A stretch of 64,000 nt of DNA from Terracidiphilus sp. GTDB taxonomy: Bacteria > Acidobacteriota > Terriglobia > Terriglobales > Acidobacteriaceae. This document shows, one piece after another, positions 54,769 to 64,000 of this stretch (positions are counted from its first letter, which is position 1; each line of letters opens with the position of its first letter). The notes beneath the pieces are model-generated. The model had not been told where the DNA came from. It did no database searches and saw only the letters and a program-made list of their open reading frames with translations. A program made the translations under genes and the position numbers. The stretch lies in the NCBI GenBank assembly GCA_049517315.1, contig JBEKSE010000002.1, positions 17,202 to 81,201 of the forward strand, written 5' to 3'.

Positions 54769-57048
54769 ATGAGACGCAACGCAGCTTTGGCGGTAGTTGC
54801 ATTCTTTCTGTCGCTTACTTTATTGACCGGGTGCTTTCGCGACTCCAATGTGCGCAAACATAAATATCTCGAAAGCGGCCAGCGGTATAGCGCACAAGGT
54901 AAAGACAGGGAAGCTGTCATCCAGTTTTCCAACGCTTTGAAAATTGACAAAAACTTTGCTGATGCGCATTATGCCCTGGCGCAGACCTACCTTCATATGG
55001 GTGCTTTTGGCTCCGCTTATGGCGAGCTGCAGCGGACGGTCAGTCTACAACCGACAAATTACAAGGCGCGGATTGATCTGGGAGACATACTTCTTGCCGG
55101 GGGCAAGATCGATGACGCGCAGGCGCAGGCTAACGCAGTGATGGCGGCACAACCGAACAATGCCGATGTTCACGCCTTGCTTTCCCGCATCGCAGCCAGG
55201 CGCGGACAAAAGGACCTGGCACTGTCTGAAATTCACCGTGCGCTGGAACTCGCTCCGAACAAGGCAGTGCTGCATGAGACCCTTGCACTGCTTGAAGTGA
55301 GCGACTCCGCGCAGGCATCTTCTGTTGAAGACGAATTGAAAAAGTCCGTGGCGCTCGATCCTAAGTCTGTGAGCGCCAAGCTGCTGCTCGCCTCTTTTTA
55401 TGCGAAAAGCAACCGGTTGCAGGACGCCGAGCAGGTGTGCTGGAAAGCCGTAGCTACCGACCCAAAAAACCTGAGCGCGCGCGAAGCTCTTGTTCAGATG
55501 GTTCTGAGGCAGGGTGATCAGCCTCGGGCCGAGCAAGTGCTTCGTCAGACCTCCAATGATCTTGCAGACAGTCCGCAGGGTGTGCGCATACTGGCCGATT
55601 ACTATGCGGCTTCTGGGCAAACTGACAAAGCCAGGGCGGAATTTGCCAGCCTGGCTCATAAATATCCCAAGAATGTTTCCGTACAAGAGGGGTATGTCCG
55701 GATTCTCCTCGAGGTCAAGGACTTTACGACCGCGCAGGCTGTAATAACCGAGCTGATGAAGAAGAACGCCAAGGATCCCCAGGTTGCCGTACTGAATGGA
55801 ATTGTATTGCTTAACAGCGGCAAGCTGGCTGACTCTGTAAACGCCCTTCAAAGTGCCGCCAATAATGCCCCGAAGGACGACTTTATTCAGTATTGGCTGG
55901 GCAAGGCAGCTTTGGCCAAGGGCGACAGCAGCCTTGCAGAAAGAAGCTTTCGCCAGGCGGCGCAACTGAATCCGCGTCGTATCGAAGCTCAGGAGGAGCT
56001 TGCTCGCATTGCAGGTCAGCGCGGTGACATGAACACGCTGTCTGATGTGGCGAACAAGACGATTGCCGCCGCTCCTCGCTTTCCAGGCGGTTATCTATGG
56101 CGGGCAGCGGTCGAGTTGAATCATAACTTGCCGGACAAGGCGGAAGATGACATGAAGGCTGCAATGGCCATTGCTCCGCAAAGCCCGCAGGCATATCTTA
56201 TGCTTGGCCAGGTTCGCTTCTCGCAAAAGCGATACCCCGAAGGAGCAACGCTTCTGGAGCAGGCTTTGCAGTACGACCCTAATTCGATTCGTGCCTTGCG
56301 CGGTTTGGTAAATTACGATCTACTCAAAAAGCAGCCGGCTCAGGCGCTTGCTCGCATCAACGCGCAAATCACGAAGAGTCCGAAGAATAGCGGCTTCTAC
56401 ATTTTGCTGGCGGAGTTACAGTTAGCGAACAAGGAGTTTGACCAAGCTGCCATTACCGCTAAAAAGGCCATGGATGCGAATCCTGACGATGGCGAGGCGG
56501 TTGCACTTTATGCGCAGCTTCAAAGTCAAAGTGGTCAGTCTGCGAATGCGATCGGGGCCTGGGAGCAATGGCTGAAGACTCATCCCAACAATGCCGGCGC
56601 CTTGGCCATTATTGGGACTCTTGAGGAATCGAGCGGAGATACGCGGAAGGCGGAAGACTATTACAAACAGGCTCTCGCAATCCAGCCCACGCAGCCTGTA
56701 GCGTCTAACAATCTTGCTTATCTCATGCTCATGAACGGCGAAAATGCCGACGTGGCCTTGTCGCTTGCGGAAACTGCGCGCCGGAGCATGCCAAATTCCA
56801 CCAATACTGCCGACACGCTGGCGTGGGCTTACTACTATAAGGGAACCTATGCGTTTGCCCGTGACCTTCTGGAAGATGCAATCAAGGTCAATCCAAACAG
56901 TGCGACAATGCAGTATCACTTGGGAATGGTATACAGAAAGCTCGGAGATCGAACAAACGCCGCGATGCATTTGAAGAAGGCCATTACGCTGTCTCCTGGC
57001 TCTTCCACGGCCAAGGACAGCCAGACAGCGCTTCAGGGCCTCGGTTAA
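54769..57048 (+). CDS. TPR-repeat lipoprotein (PrsT-like)
   Basis: Lipobox LLTGC; many TPR repeats; NNLAY...DTLAWAYY; ATG 54769 behind GGAGA. Confidence 0.9.
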   Translation: MRRNAALAVVAFFLSLTLLTGCFRDSNVRKHKYLESGQRYSAQGKDREAVIQFSNALKIDKNFADAHYALAQTYLHMGAFGSAYGELQRTVSLQPTNYKARIDLGDILLAGGKIDDAQAQANAVMAAQPNNADVHALLSRIAARRGQKDLALSEIHRALELAPNKAVLHETLALLEVSDSAQASSVEDELKKSVALDPKSVSAKLLLASFYAKSNRLQDAEQVCWKAVATDPKNLSAREALVQMVLRQGDQPRAEQVLRQTSNDLADSPQGVRILADYYAASGQTDKARAEFASLAHKYPKNVSVQEGYVRILLEVKDFTTAQAVITELMKKNAKDPQVAVLNGIVLLNSGKLADSVNALQSAANNAPKDDFIQYWLGKAALAKGDSSLAERSFRQAAQLNPRRIEAQEELARIAGQRGDMNTLSDVANKTIAAAPRFPGGYLWRAAVELNHNLPDKAEDDMKAAMAIAPQSPQAYLMLGQVRFSQKRYPEGATLLEQALQYDPNSIRALRGLVNYDLLKKQPAQALARINAQITKSPKNSGFYILLAELQLANKEFDQAAITAKKAMDANPDDGEAVALYAQLQSQSGQSANAIGAWEQWLKTHPNNAGALAIIGTLEESSGDTRKAEDYYKQALAIQPTQPVASNNLAYLMLMNGENADVALSLAETARRSMPNSTNTADTLAWAYYYKGTYAFARDLLEDAIKVNPNSATMQYHLGMVYRKLGDRTNAAMHLKKAITLSPGSSTAKDSQTALQGLG

Positions 57049-57160
57049 GTTGCGATAGCATCTTGATGACTCCCGGCGGCGCGCTGTTGGCCGCCGGCTG
57101 AAGGTCTACGTGGATTGGCCGGCGCGCGGACAGCGTACACATACCTTTTGAATCAGAGTA

Positions 57161-58690
57161 ATGTCCAATATGACCAACACCAAGACCATCGCCCGCAACA
57201 CCGGCTGGTTCAGCATCGAAAACATAATTAACGCCGTTGTTTTGTTTACTACTTCGATAGCGATTAATCGCTATCTAGGACCCGAGAAGAACGCCTATCT
57301 CGTTTATGTCTCCTATATCGCCAGCCTGGTCAGCAGCCTGGGCAGTATGGGCATTCCTGCAACCACCCGGAAATACATGGCTGAGTTTATTGGCATGGGC
57401 GACCGGGGCACCGCGCGGTATATTTACCTGCGGACTCTTGTATTGCAGATTGGTTTGGCGACGCTGGCTACCTGCGGCTTTCTTTTCTGGGTAATCAGGT
57501 CTGCTGCGCCAGAATATAGGCTGGCATCGGTTCTTATTGTACTCAGCATTTGGCCGGCAATGATCAACTTCATCTCGGCCCAGGCCAACGCCGCCGCGGA
57601 AGATTTGGCGAAGAACCTGCCAGGCTCGATTGCCTCGGCCGTGACTTACTTCATGGCCATTGCGGCAACGGTAGTGCTTCATTGGGGGGTTGTCGGAATC
57701 GGCGCATCGCTGCTCTTGATGCGCTCTGTCGATTTTCTTGTGCGGTTTTTCCCAACCATGAAGCGTGCGCTGGCCTGGGAGACGACACATGTTCACCCGC
57801 CCGGACTGCGCCAGCGCATGATACCGTTCGCATCGCAGGCTGTTGGCAGCATGTTTGTTGCGCAGATAGTCTGGGGCCGCTCAGAGATTATTTTGCTGAA
57901 GATGCTTTGCTCGGATGTTAAACAAGTGTCTTTTTATTCCGTGGCGTTCACCATGGCTGAACAGCTACTGCTTGCGGCGATCATTTTCGGTACGGCGGCC
58001 GGCACCACGATTTTCGCGCAGTACGGACGGGACAAATCCAGGCTGCCCGAACTTGGCGCCTCCACATTCCGCTATATCGTCATGATGTCGATTCCGCTGC
58101 ACTTTATCGCAGCGTCGCTCGCGTATCCCGCGCTACTGCTCTTCTACGGTCACAAGTTTGAAGGCGCAGCGATGGTGGTTACACTGGCCCCACTGTTGTG
58201 CATGTTCAAAGCCTTTCTAGCGCCGGCGCAGAACCTGCTGGAAAGTTTCGAACGGCAGCGATATGTGATTGCCGCGACAGTCATAGCGGGGGTGATCGAT
58301 ATCAGCGTCGCGTGGTGCCTGATTCCTTCTTATGGCGCGGTTGGCGCTTGTATCGGCAACGGTGCGGCTCAGTTGGCGGCCGTCAGCTTGATGTGGATGG
58401 CAGCAATCCGCCTATACAAGGTAAGACTTCCCTGGTTGCTGGTGGCCAAGATTGTTTTTTGCAGCGCACTGGCATCCTTGACCGCGCATTATATTGCCAT
58501 GCTGATGGCGCCGTGGTTGGCCATTCTTTGCGGTGGAAGCGCCGCACTTGCCGTTTTCTTTGGCTTCTTCTATCTAACGCGAGTGGGCGAGCCGAGCGAC
58601 CACGATCGACTCAAGATTTTGGTCGGGATCCTGCCTAAGCCGTTGGCGAGCCCCGCCGGAAGAGTACTATCTTCGTTGTTTCGTGTGTAA
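57161..58690 (+). CDS. Wzx-like polysaccharide flippase (MOP superfamily)
   Basis: IARNTGW start; about 12-14 TM; LIPSYGAVGA. Confidence 0.88.
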   Translation: MSNMTNTKTIARNTGWFSIENIINAVVLFTTSIAINRYLGPEKNAYLVYVSYIASLVSSLGSMGIPATTRKYMAEFIGMGDRGTARYIYLRTLVLQIGLATLATCGFLFWVIRSAAPEYRLASVLIVLSIWPAMINFISAQANAAAEDLAKNLPGSIASAVTYFMAIAATVVLHWGVVGIGASLLLMRSVDFLVRFFPTMKRALAWETTHVHPPGLRQRMIPFASQAVGSMFVAQIVWGRSEIILLKMLCSDVKQVSFYSVAFTMAEQLLLAAIIFGTAAGTTIFAQYGRDKSRLPELGASTFRYIVMMSIPLHFIAASLAYPALLLFYGHKFEGAAMVVTLAPLLCMFKAFLAPAQNLLESFERQRYVIAATVIAGVIDISVAWCLIPSYGAVGACIGNGAAQLAAVSLMWMAAIRLYKVRLPWLLVAKIVFCSALASLTAHYIAMLMAPWLAILCGGSAALAVFFGFFYLTRVGEPSDHDRLKILVGILPKPLASPAGRVLSSLFRV

Positions 58691-58767
58691 TACACGACGC
58701 AATTCAAAGCGAAAAGCTTACGTGAGTGGTCCGCTTGCGCTGATTCGGCTTTTGGAGCTTCTTACAG

Positions 58768-60468
58768 GTGGCCCTGATGAGTGACACTTCGATGATGCGA
58801 ATGAAGGTGCTGGTCCTGGATGCCGAAAGCGCGGCAGGTTTGGAGACGGTCCAAAGCCTTGGCAGATACGGTTGTACCGTACATACTGCCGCTTTCCAAG
58901 CTCGGCAGAGATTCCGCAGTTCCCGTTTTGTTCGCAGACATTTTCTTTTGGGTACCTTGAAAGACGAAGCCATTCATGACCTGGTCTCTCTTTTCGAGGC
59001 AGAGAAGTATGATCTTGTAGTTCCGGCTACTGAAGTATCGCTGCTTGCAATGCTCTCGCCGGAGATCCCGGATAGTTTGTACCAGCGTGCAGCATTGGCT
59101 CCGCGACCAAGCGTGCAGACCGCATTGGACAAGCAGGCAGTCTGGGAGCTGGCGCAGCGCATTGGCGTCCGAGTTCCCACATCTGAGTTAGTTTGCTCTT
59201 CAAGTTCTCAGCCAGATACTTTTCCTGTCGTACTCAAGCCTGTGCATAGCAAAAGAAATGCCGACGGAGTTGTGAAAGAGTTTGGAGTAACTATCGTCCG
59301 TGACTTGACGCAGTGGAGGGCGGCGCTGACAACGACATATCAGGGCATCCCCGTTCAGCAACAGCAATACATCCCAGGAAAGGGTTTGGGCGTGGAGATG
59401 CTGTTCCAGCACGGAAAGCCCCAATGGGCCTTTCTTCACGAACGAGTGCATGAGCTTCCGCTCACCGGCGGCGGCAGCAGTTATCGCGTATCACTCGCGT
59501 TAAGAGACGACCTGGTTGAGAGCGCAACCCTGCTACTGTCTGCGCTTGATTGGCACGGTGTCGCGATGGTCGAGTTTAAGGTCACGCCGAGTGGCGATGC
59601 TTATCTCATGGAGATCAATCCTCGATTGTGGGGATCGCTCGCGCTTGCAATTGATTGTGGAGTTGACTTTCCTGTTGGCTTGCTCCGCCTTGCCACTGGA
59701 CAGCCAATTCCGCCTCAACCCAGGTACCGCACTGGTTATTACACCCGAAATTTATATCGTGATATTGAATGGCTCAAGACTAACTGGAAGGCTGACCATT
59801 CAGACCCTTTGCTGCTGACAAAACCCATAATCCCCTCTATTCTAGGCTGGTTGCGGCCGCTGATCGGAAAAGAGAGCTGGGACTTCTTTTGCTGGACCGA
59901 TTTGGGGGTGGTGCTCGTCGAAGTGAAAACCCTTATCGTTGAACATTGGCGAAGGGTTGTCAATGTTGTCAGGCGTCGTACCCGCCGTCTATACCTGGAG
60001 CATATTCAGCAACCGTTAATGATTCGAAGGCTGCGCGGGCGGCAAATCGACAAGGTACTGATTCTCTGCTACGGCAATATCTGCCGCAGCCCACTCGCCG
60101 CCGCTTTGGGAGCCCGGCGGTTCCCGAACGTCTCTTTCTCATCTGCGGGATTCTACTCGGAAACCGGCAGGCAAAGTCCTGATTTCGTGATCGCCGCAGC
60201 CGGGCAGCTCGGAGTTGACCTTGCTGAGCACCGTTCAAAGTGTGTCGATGTGAAGATGATCGATGAGGCGGATCTGATCGTAATTATGGATATGCGCAAC
60301 TACGAGCTTCTCGAAAAAGCATTTCCTGGCGCGCTTGAAAAAACACTGTTTCTCGGAATGTTGCTGCCTGCCCCACAGCTTGAGATCAAGGACCCATACG
60401 ATAGCCCGGCGTCGATGCCGGCAACAGCTCTTGAATTGGATTGCGCAATCGGGCTGATGTGGAAATAA
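58768..60468 (+). CDS. Fusion of an ATP-grasp carboxylate-amine ligase and a low-molecular-weight protein tyrosine phosphatase
   Basis: ATP-grasp: PVVLKP, QQYIPG, AMVEFK, LMEINPRLWGS. LMW-PTP: CYGNICRSP, HRSK, IKDPY. Start position uncertain (58768-58801). Confidence 0.88.
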   Translation: MALMSDTSMMRMKVLVLDAESAAGLETVQSLGRYGCTVHTAAFQARQRFRSSRFVRRHFLLGTLKDEAIHDLVSLFEAEKYDLVVPATEVSLLAMLSPEIPDSLYQRAALAPRPSVQTALDKQAVWELAQRIGVRVPTSELVCSSSSQPDTFPVVLKPVHSKRNADGVVKEFGVTIVRDLTQWRAALTTTYQGIPVQQQQYIPGKGLGVEMLFQHGKPQWAFLHERVHELPLTGGGSSYRVSLALRDDLVESATLLLSALDWHGVAMVEFKVTPSGDAYLMEINPRLWGSLALAIDCGVDFPVGLLRLATGQPIPPQPRYRTGYYTRNLYRDIEWLKTNWKADHSDPLLLTKPIIPSILGWLRPLIGKESWDFFCWTDLGVVLVEVKTLIVEHWRRVVNVVRRRTRRLYLEHIQQPLMIRRLRGRQIDKVLILCYGNICRSPLAAALGARRFPNVSFSSAGFYSETGRQSPDFVIAAAGQLGVDLAEHRSKCVDVKMIDEADLIVIMDMRNYELLEKAFPGALEKTLFLGMLLPAPQLEIKDPYDSPASMPATALELDCAIGLMWK

Positions 60469-60504
60469 TTGGCTATTTCCTCCGGCCTATTATCTTCCGG
60501 TAGG

Positions 60505-61542
60505 TCAAGGCCAATACTTGCCGGTGAATCTGCAAACATCCGTTTGAACCCGGAAGCGGCTCCAGCTTGGGTGGTCTATGCCGATTCGATTCACATCATA
60601 AGGAGTTGTCTCGCCAGGTAAATTTGTGCCGCCATACTTTGAAAAGGCTGCGCGATAACCCGCGTCTTGTGCCGTCCTCTGTGTCTCACCTGTGAAGCTG
60701 GTCCTGGCGCCGACCGGATAGGCAAGCACATCGGCTTCTACACCAAGATTTTCCCTCAGGATTTGCCTGGACCTGGATAGCTCTTCGTATTGCATATCCG
60801 GCTCCAGTTGGCTCAACACATGGTGCGAATGTGTGTGGGACCCGATCACCATGCCGCTTCTGTGCATCTCCCGAGCTTCATCCCAATCCAAAAAGCGCCG
60901 CAGAGTCACGGGCGGCACGTTGCCTTCTGAACTTTCCCCTAGCTCCCGAATGAAACGCGCAGAATCGAAATTCTCAGGCCTCTTATATAACTTCAGTACG
61001 GTCCGCAAGCTCTCCGTCAAGCCGTTCCCGTCAATATCGACAGCCAAATCAGACGGGTAGCGGAGAGAGAATCGGCGCCTGCGCGCGGTTTTCATCAGAT
61101 AGGCAATGTGATCCCACCAGGGAAGTTGACAGGATCCCACCATGCTGGTGGCCAGGAAGAAAACACCTTGTGCGACGTGCGTTCGCAGAATAGGGTAAGC
61201 GATTTCGTAGTTATCAAGGTAGCCGTCGTCGAAGGTGATCAACACCCGGCAGCGGCGAGTCTTCTCCTTGATCGTGCCTTCAACAAAAGACAACGCTTCA
61301 TCTAGTGTCACCAGAAAATCGCCGTGCTTTAGATAGGATATCTGATCGTTAAATTGGTCGGCAGTCGCCGAGAAAACGCCGGGATCGAAGAGATCGTCCT
61401 CGGGATTCCCAATGCGATGATAATTCAAAACTAATAGAGAATCTCGTGCTGGGAGTTGTGAAAACAAGTAGGCGGCGCCGCTCCAGTGCAACCCGCGCGC
61501 CAGCAACTCTCTCTTCCCGTTGAAACTCAGGCCGCCTGCCAT
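60505..61542 (-). CDS. Polysaccharide deacetylase (CE4/NodB)
   Basis: LNYHRI, ITFDDGY, IGSHTHSH, LAYPVG. Confidence 0.93.
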   Translation of the reverse strand: MAGGLSFNGKRELLARGLHWSGAAYLFSQLPARDSLLVLNYHRIGNPEDDLFDPGVFSATADQFNDQISYLKHGDFLVTLDEALSFVEGTIKEKTRRCRVLITFDDGYLDNYEIAYPILRTHVAQGVFFLATSMVGSCQLPWWDHIAYLMKTARRRRFSLRYPSDLAVDIDGNGLTESLRTVLKLYKRPENFDSARFIRELGESSEGNVPPVTLRRFLDWDEAREMHRSGMVIGSHTHSHHVLSQLEPDMQYEELSRSRQILRENLGVEADVLAYPVGARTSFTGETQRTAQDAGYRAAFSKYGGTNLPGETTPYDVNRIGIDHPSWSRFRVQTDVCRFTGKYWP

Positions 61543-61596
61543 ATTCCCCCAGTCATAGCTAATTGAAACCTGCCGAACTGATTGAAGTCGATAGAC

Positions 61597-62283
61597 TTAT
61601 GACGTCATCTTTTCGGTCCTTGCGCGAGCCACAAACTCCCGCACCTTAGCAATGTCTTTGTGACCTGGAGCGCATTCGACGCCGGAGACAACATCCACAC
61701 CCCAGGGATGCAGCGTGGCAATTGCGTTCGCCACGTTATCTGGGTTAAGGCCGCCGGCAGCGATTAGGCGCTTCCGCCCTTCCGCGTTTTGGAAGAGCGC
61801 TTTGCGCGCCTCGACCCAGTCAAAAGTTACACCGGTTCCACCAACGGCTAATTTCGTCCGAGAGTCCACCAGCACCGCGTCCACATGCAGGTTCCGAACA
61901 TGTTCGGCCATTCTAGCTGCTTGCTGCTCGCCATTGCCAGCGTCGAAATGCAACACACCCAGTATTCGCAGTTCCGGCCCAAGACGCTCGTGAAGCTGGG
62001 CCGTCAACTCGGAGGCCGCGTCAAAGTGCAATTGCACCCCAGTCAGGCCGCAGGTTTCAACGGTGGACACAATTTCCTCTAGGGTGGCATCAACAAAGAC
62101 GCCAGTCTTCTCAATGGTTGCAGGCAGGTGCGGAACAATGGCTGCTACCTGTGCCGCCGTCACTCTGCGCGGGCTAGGCGCAAAAACGAAACCCACCGCG
62201 TCGGCTCCCGCCTCAGCAGCCATCATCGCGTCTTCCAGCGAGGTGTTGGCACAGATCTTTATCCAAATAGGCGTAAGGCTCAT
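61597..62283 (-). CDS. trpF: Phosphoribosylanthranilate isomerase
   Basis: WIKICA, ADAVGFVF, GVQLH, VLVDS, GGTGVTFDW, AGGLNPDNV, GVDVVSGVE. Confidence 0.96.
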   Translation of the reverse strand: MSLTPIWIKICANTSLEDAMMAAEAGADAVGFVFAPSPRRVTAAQVAAIVPHLPATIEKTGVFVDATLEEIVSTVETCGLTGVQLHFDAASELTAQLHERLGPELRILGVLHFDAGNGEQQAARMAEHVRNLHVDAVLVDSRTKLAVGGTGVTFDWVEARKALFQNAEGRKRLIAAGGLNPDNVANAIATLHPWGVDVVSGVECAPGHKDIAKVREFVARARTEKMTS

Positions 62284-63089
62284 CGCGCGGCAACTCCAGT
62301 GAGCAGCGCGGCCAGCGCCGCACCGGGGTCTGGCTGACGCATCAAGCTCTCGCCAATCAGGAAGGCATCGAAGCCGGCTGCCCGCAGGCGAACCATATCT
62401 TCAGTCGTGGCGATGCCGCTCTCGGCCACGCGCACCACGCCGCGCGGAATCCGCCCTGCGAGTTCGAGCGAAGTTTCGAGCCGCACATCAAATGTTCCCA
62501 GGTCGCGGTTGTTCACGCCAATGGCGTCCGCGCCGCTCTCGCCCAGTGTATCGAGTACGCGGTCCAGTTCGCCAGCCATGTGCACCTCGACCAGCACATC
62601 GAGTGAAAGGCCATGCGCCAACTGGGTAAAGCGGCGAAGCTTATCATCGGTGAGCGCGGCGGCGATCAGTAGAATTGCATCTCCACAATGCGCGCGTGCC
62701 TCCACAATCTGGTATTCGTCCACCATAAAGTCCTTGCGAAGGCAAGGCAGCGGAACTGCTGCCGAGGCCAGTTCCAGATTGCGCAGGCTGCCCTGAAAAA
62801 ACGGCTCGTCGGTCAACACAGAAAGCGCCGCCGCGCCGCCCGCGAAATAGCTTTGGGCTAGTTTCGCCGCGTCGAAATCCGCGCGAATCAGCCCCTTCGA
62901 GGGTGAGGCTTTCTTGATCTCTGCAATGACGGCAGGGCCCGCGGCAGCCCGTTGACGCAATGCCGCAGCCCAGCCGCGCGGCTGATGAGCAGCAGCCATC
63001 CGCTCCAGTTCCGCCACGGGGACACGCGCCTTGGCCGCGACGACCGTGGCCCGCGTTGTGGCCACAATTTTGTCGAGGTGAGTAGACAT
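62280..63089 (-). CDS. trpC: Indole-3-glycerol phosphate synthase
   Basis: IAEIKKASPSKG, LSVLTD, LRKDF, LVEVH, GVNNRDL, AESGI, LIGE. Confidence 0.97.
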   Translation of the reverse strand: MSTHLDKIVATTRATVVAAKARVPVAELERMAAAHQPRGWAAALRQRAAAGPAVIAEIKKASPSKGLIRADFDAAKLAQSYFAGGAAALSVLTDEPFFQGSLRNLELASAAVPLPCLRKDFMVDEYQIVEARAHCGDAILLIAAALTDDKLRRFTQLAHGLSLDVLVEVHMAGELDRVLDTLGESGADAIGVNNRDLGTFDVRLETSLELAGRIPRGVVRVAESGIATTEDMVRLRAAGFDAFLIGESLMRQPDPGAALAALLTGVAAR

Positions 63090-63216
63090 ACTCTGCGTTG
63101 AGTATACGAAAGAAGCCGCAACACCTGGCCGTCAGCAGCAGAATGGTCCTATTAGGGGCAGCTTCAGGATTGCAGATCCCTGATGAACAGCGAGATCAGC
63201 CAGTGGATGCGATGAA

Positions 63217-63299
63217 GTTCACAGTCTCACAGTTTCACAGAAAATAGGGGGGAGGGGGTACCTTGGGGGGGGTACGGACCGGGCGGGTGCCTGACATAT
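63217..63299. repeat. (NYTCACAG)x3 tandem octamer plus G-rich dispersed element, copy 2
   Basis: gttcacag tctcacag tttcacag (63217-63240), G-tracts, then 63269-63299 matching 11262-11292 at 28/31. Confidence 0.65.
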
Positions 63300-63402
63300 C
63301 GAACCGCAGCAGGTTGACCTCTTTGCGCACTCTAACCTCCAATGAACATTGTGCGCCGAGGAGCAGTAATTATCCGCATGTGTTTTGACAAGTCGGATTC
63401 CG

Positions 63403-63963
63403 TCAGCTCCCAACCACCATCCGCACACCATCTTCCGCATTCGCAGCCACGCGGACTAGCTCCCGGTTCTTCGGTTTCACGAACCCCGCAGTCACAGAGG
63501 AATCGAAAAACTTCAGAAGCCCGTCCCAATACCCGGCAGTGTTGATGAGAATGCACGGCTTGGCGTGCAGGCCGATTTGCGCCCAGGTCACCACTTCGAC
63601 CATTTCGTCCATCGTGCCGTAGCCGCCCGGCAAAACCAAAAACGCATCGGCCAGCTCGAACTCGCGCGCCTTGCGCTCGTGCATGGTTTCCACCAGTTCC
63701 AGCTTGGTCAAGTTGGGATGAGCAATTTCCTTTCGCGTCAGCACCGCGGGCAGCACGCCAATTACTTCAGCCCCACCGGCCAGAGCAGCATTGGCCACCG
63801 CGCCCATCAGCCCCGCGCTTGCCCCGCCATAAACCAACCCCAAACCGGCGGAGGCAATCGCCGCGCCCAGCGCCCGAGCCTCGGCTACAAATGCGGGGTT
63901 GTTTCCGCTGGCCGATCCACAGTAAACCGCCACGCGGCGAAGAGATTTCTTGGAAGGTGTCAT
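63403..63963 (-). CDS. LOG family protein (TIGR00730-type Rossmann fold)
   Basis: VAVYCGS, LVYGGA..GLMG, MHERK, PGGYGTMDE. Confidence 0.93.
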   Translation of the reverse strand: MTPSKKSLRRVAVYCGSASGNNPAFVAEARALGAAIASAGLGLVYGGASAGLMGAVANAALAGGAEVIGVLPAVLTRKEIAHPNLTKLELVETMHERKAREFELADAFLVLPGGYGTMDEMVEVVTWAQIGLHAKPCILINTAGYWDGLLKFFDSSVTAGFVKPKNRELVRVAANAEDGVRMVVGS

Positions 63964-64000
63964 GGTGTCTATAGGATAAACGCTGGGCGCCTGATTTTAT

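Noticed and set aside
23848-61542. ops/JUMPstart (RfaH) element for the long EPS operons
   Set aside because: No GGCGGTAG-type site was seen in the leader regions I read; a missed degenerate site cannot be excluded.
1-64000. Most short or antisense ORFs in the supplied track (e.g. 3892-4659, 5641-6222, 9110-9730, 14548-15804, 20085-20984, 24444-25535, 26242-27024, 55045-55965)
   Set aside because: They overlap well-supported genes on the opposite strand or in another frame, lack motifs, and are expected shadows in high-GC DNA.

Overview
The gene set, high GC content and repeat types suggest an Acidobacteriota (Acidobacteriaceae/Terriglobia-like) chromosome; this is an inference. Bases 1-23.7 kb are mostly housekeeping and accessory genes: an ECF sigma operon, an S9 peptidase, recX, tRNA-Arg(CCG), a GH108-like hydrolase, msrA, buk, a cold-shock protein, an APC permease with add, mutL, a YcaQ/AlkZ-like gene, cmk and pyrR, with several REP-like and short tandem repeats between them. 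Bases 23.8-61.5 kb are one ~38 kb exosortase (PEP-CTERM-type)-associated Wzx/Wzy exopolysaccharide locus. Its export core has a priming GT, BY-kinase, ExeA-like ATPase, co-polymerase, beta-barrel, short OPX, exosortase, EpsI, TPR lipoprotein and flippase. Its tailoring set is unusually rich: a Gfo/Idh/MocA-SDR fusion, an aldo-keto reductase, WecB, two GT-C enzymes, two intact and two broken acyltransferase-3 genes, an ATP-grasp/LMW-PTP fusion, a deacetylase and two uncharacterised enzymes. An enhancer-binding-protein homolog that has lost its catalytic motifs sits at the divergent promoter. trpF, trpC and a LOG-family gene close the window. I saw no CRISPR array, rRNA, integrase or transposase. 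All family assignments come from motifs read by eye, not from database searches.
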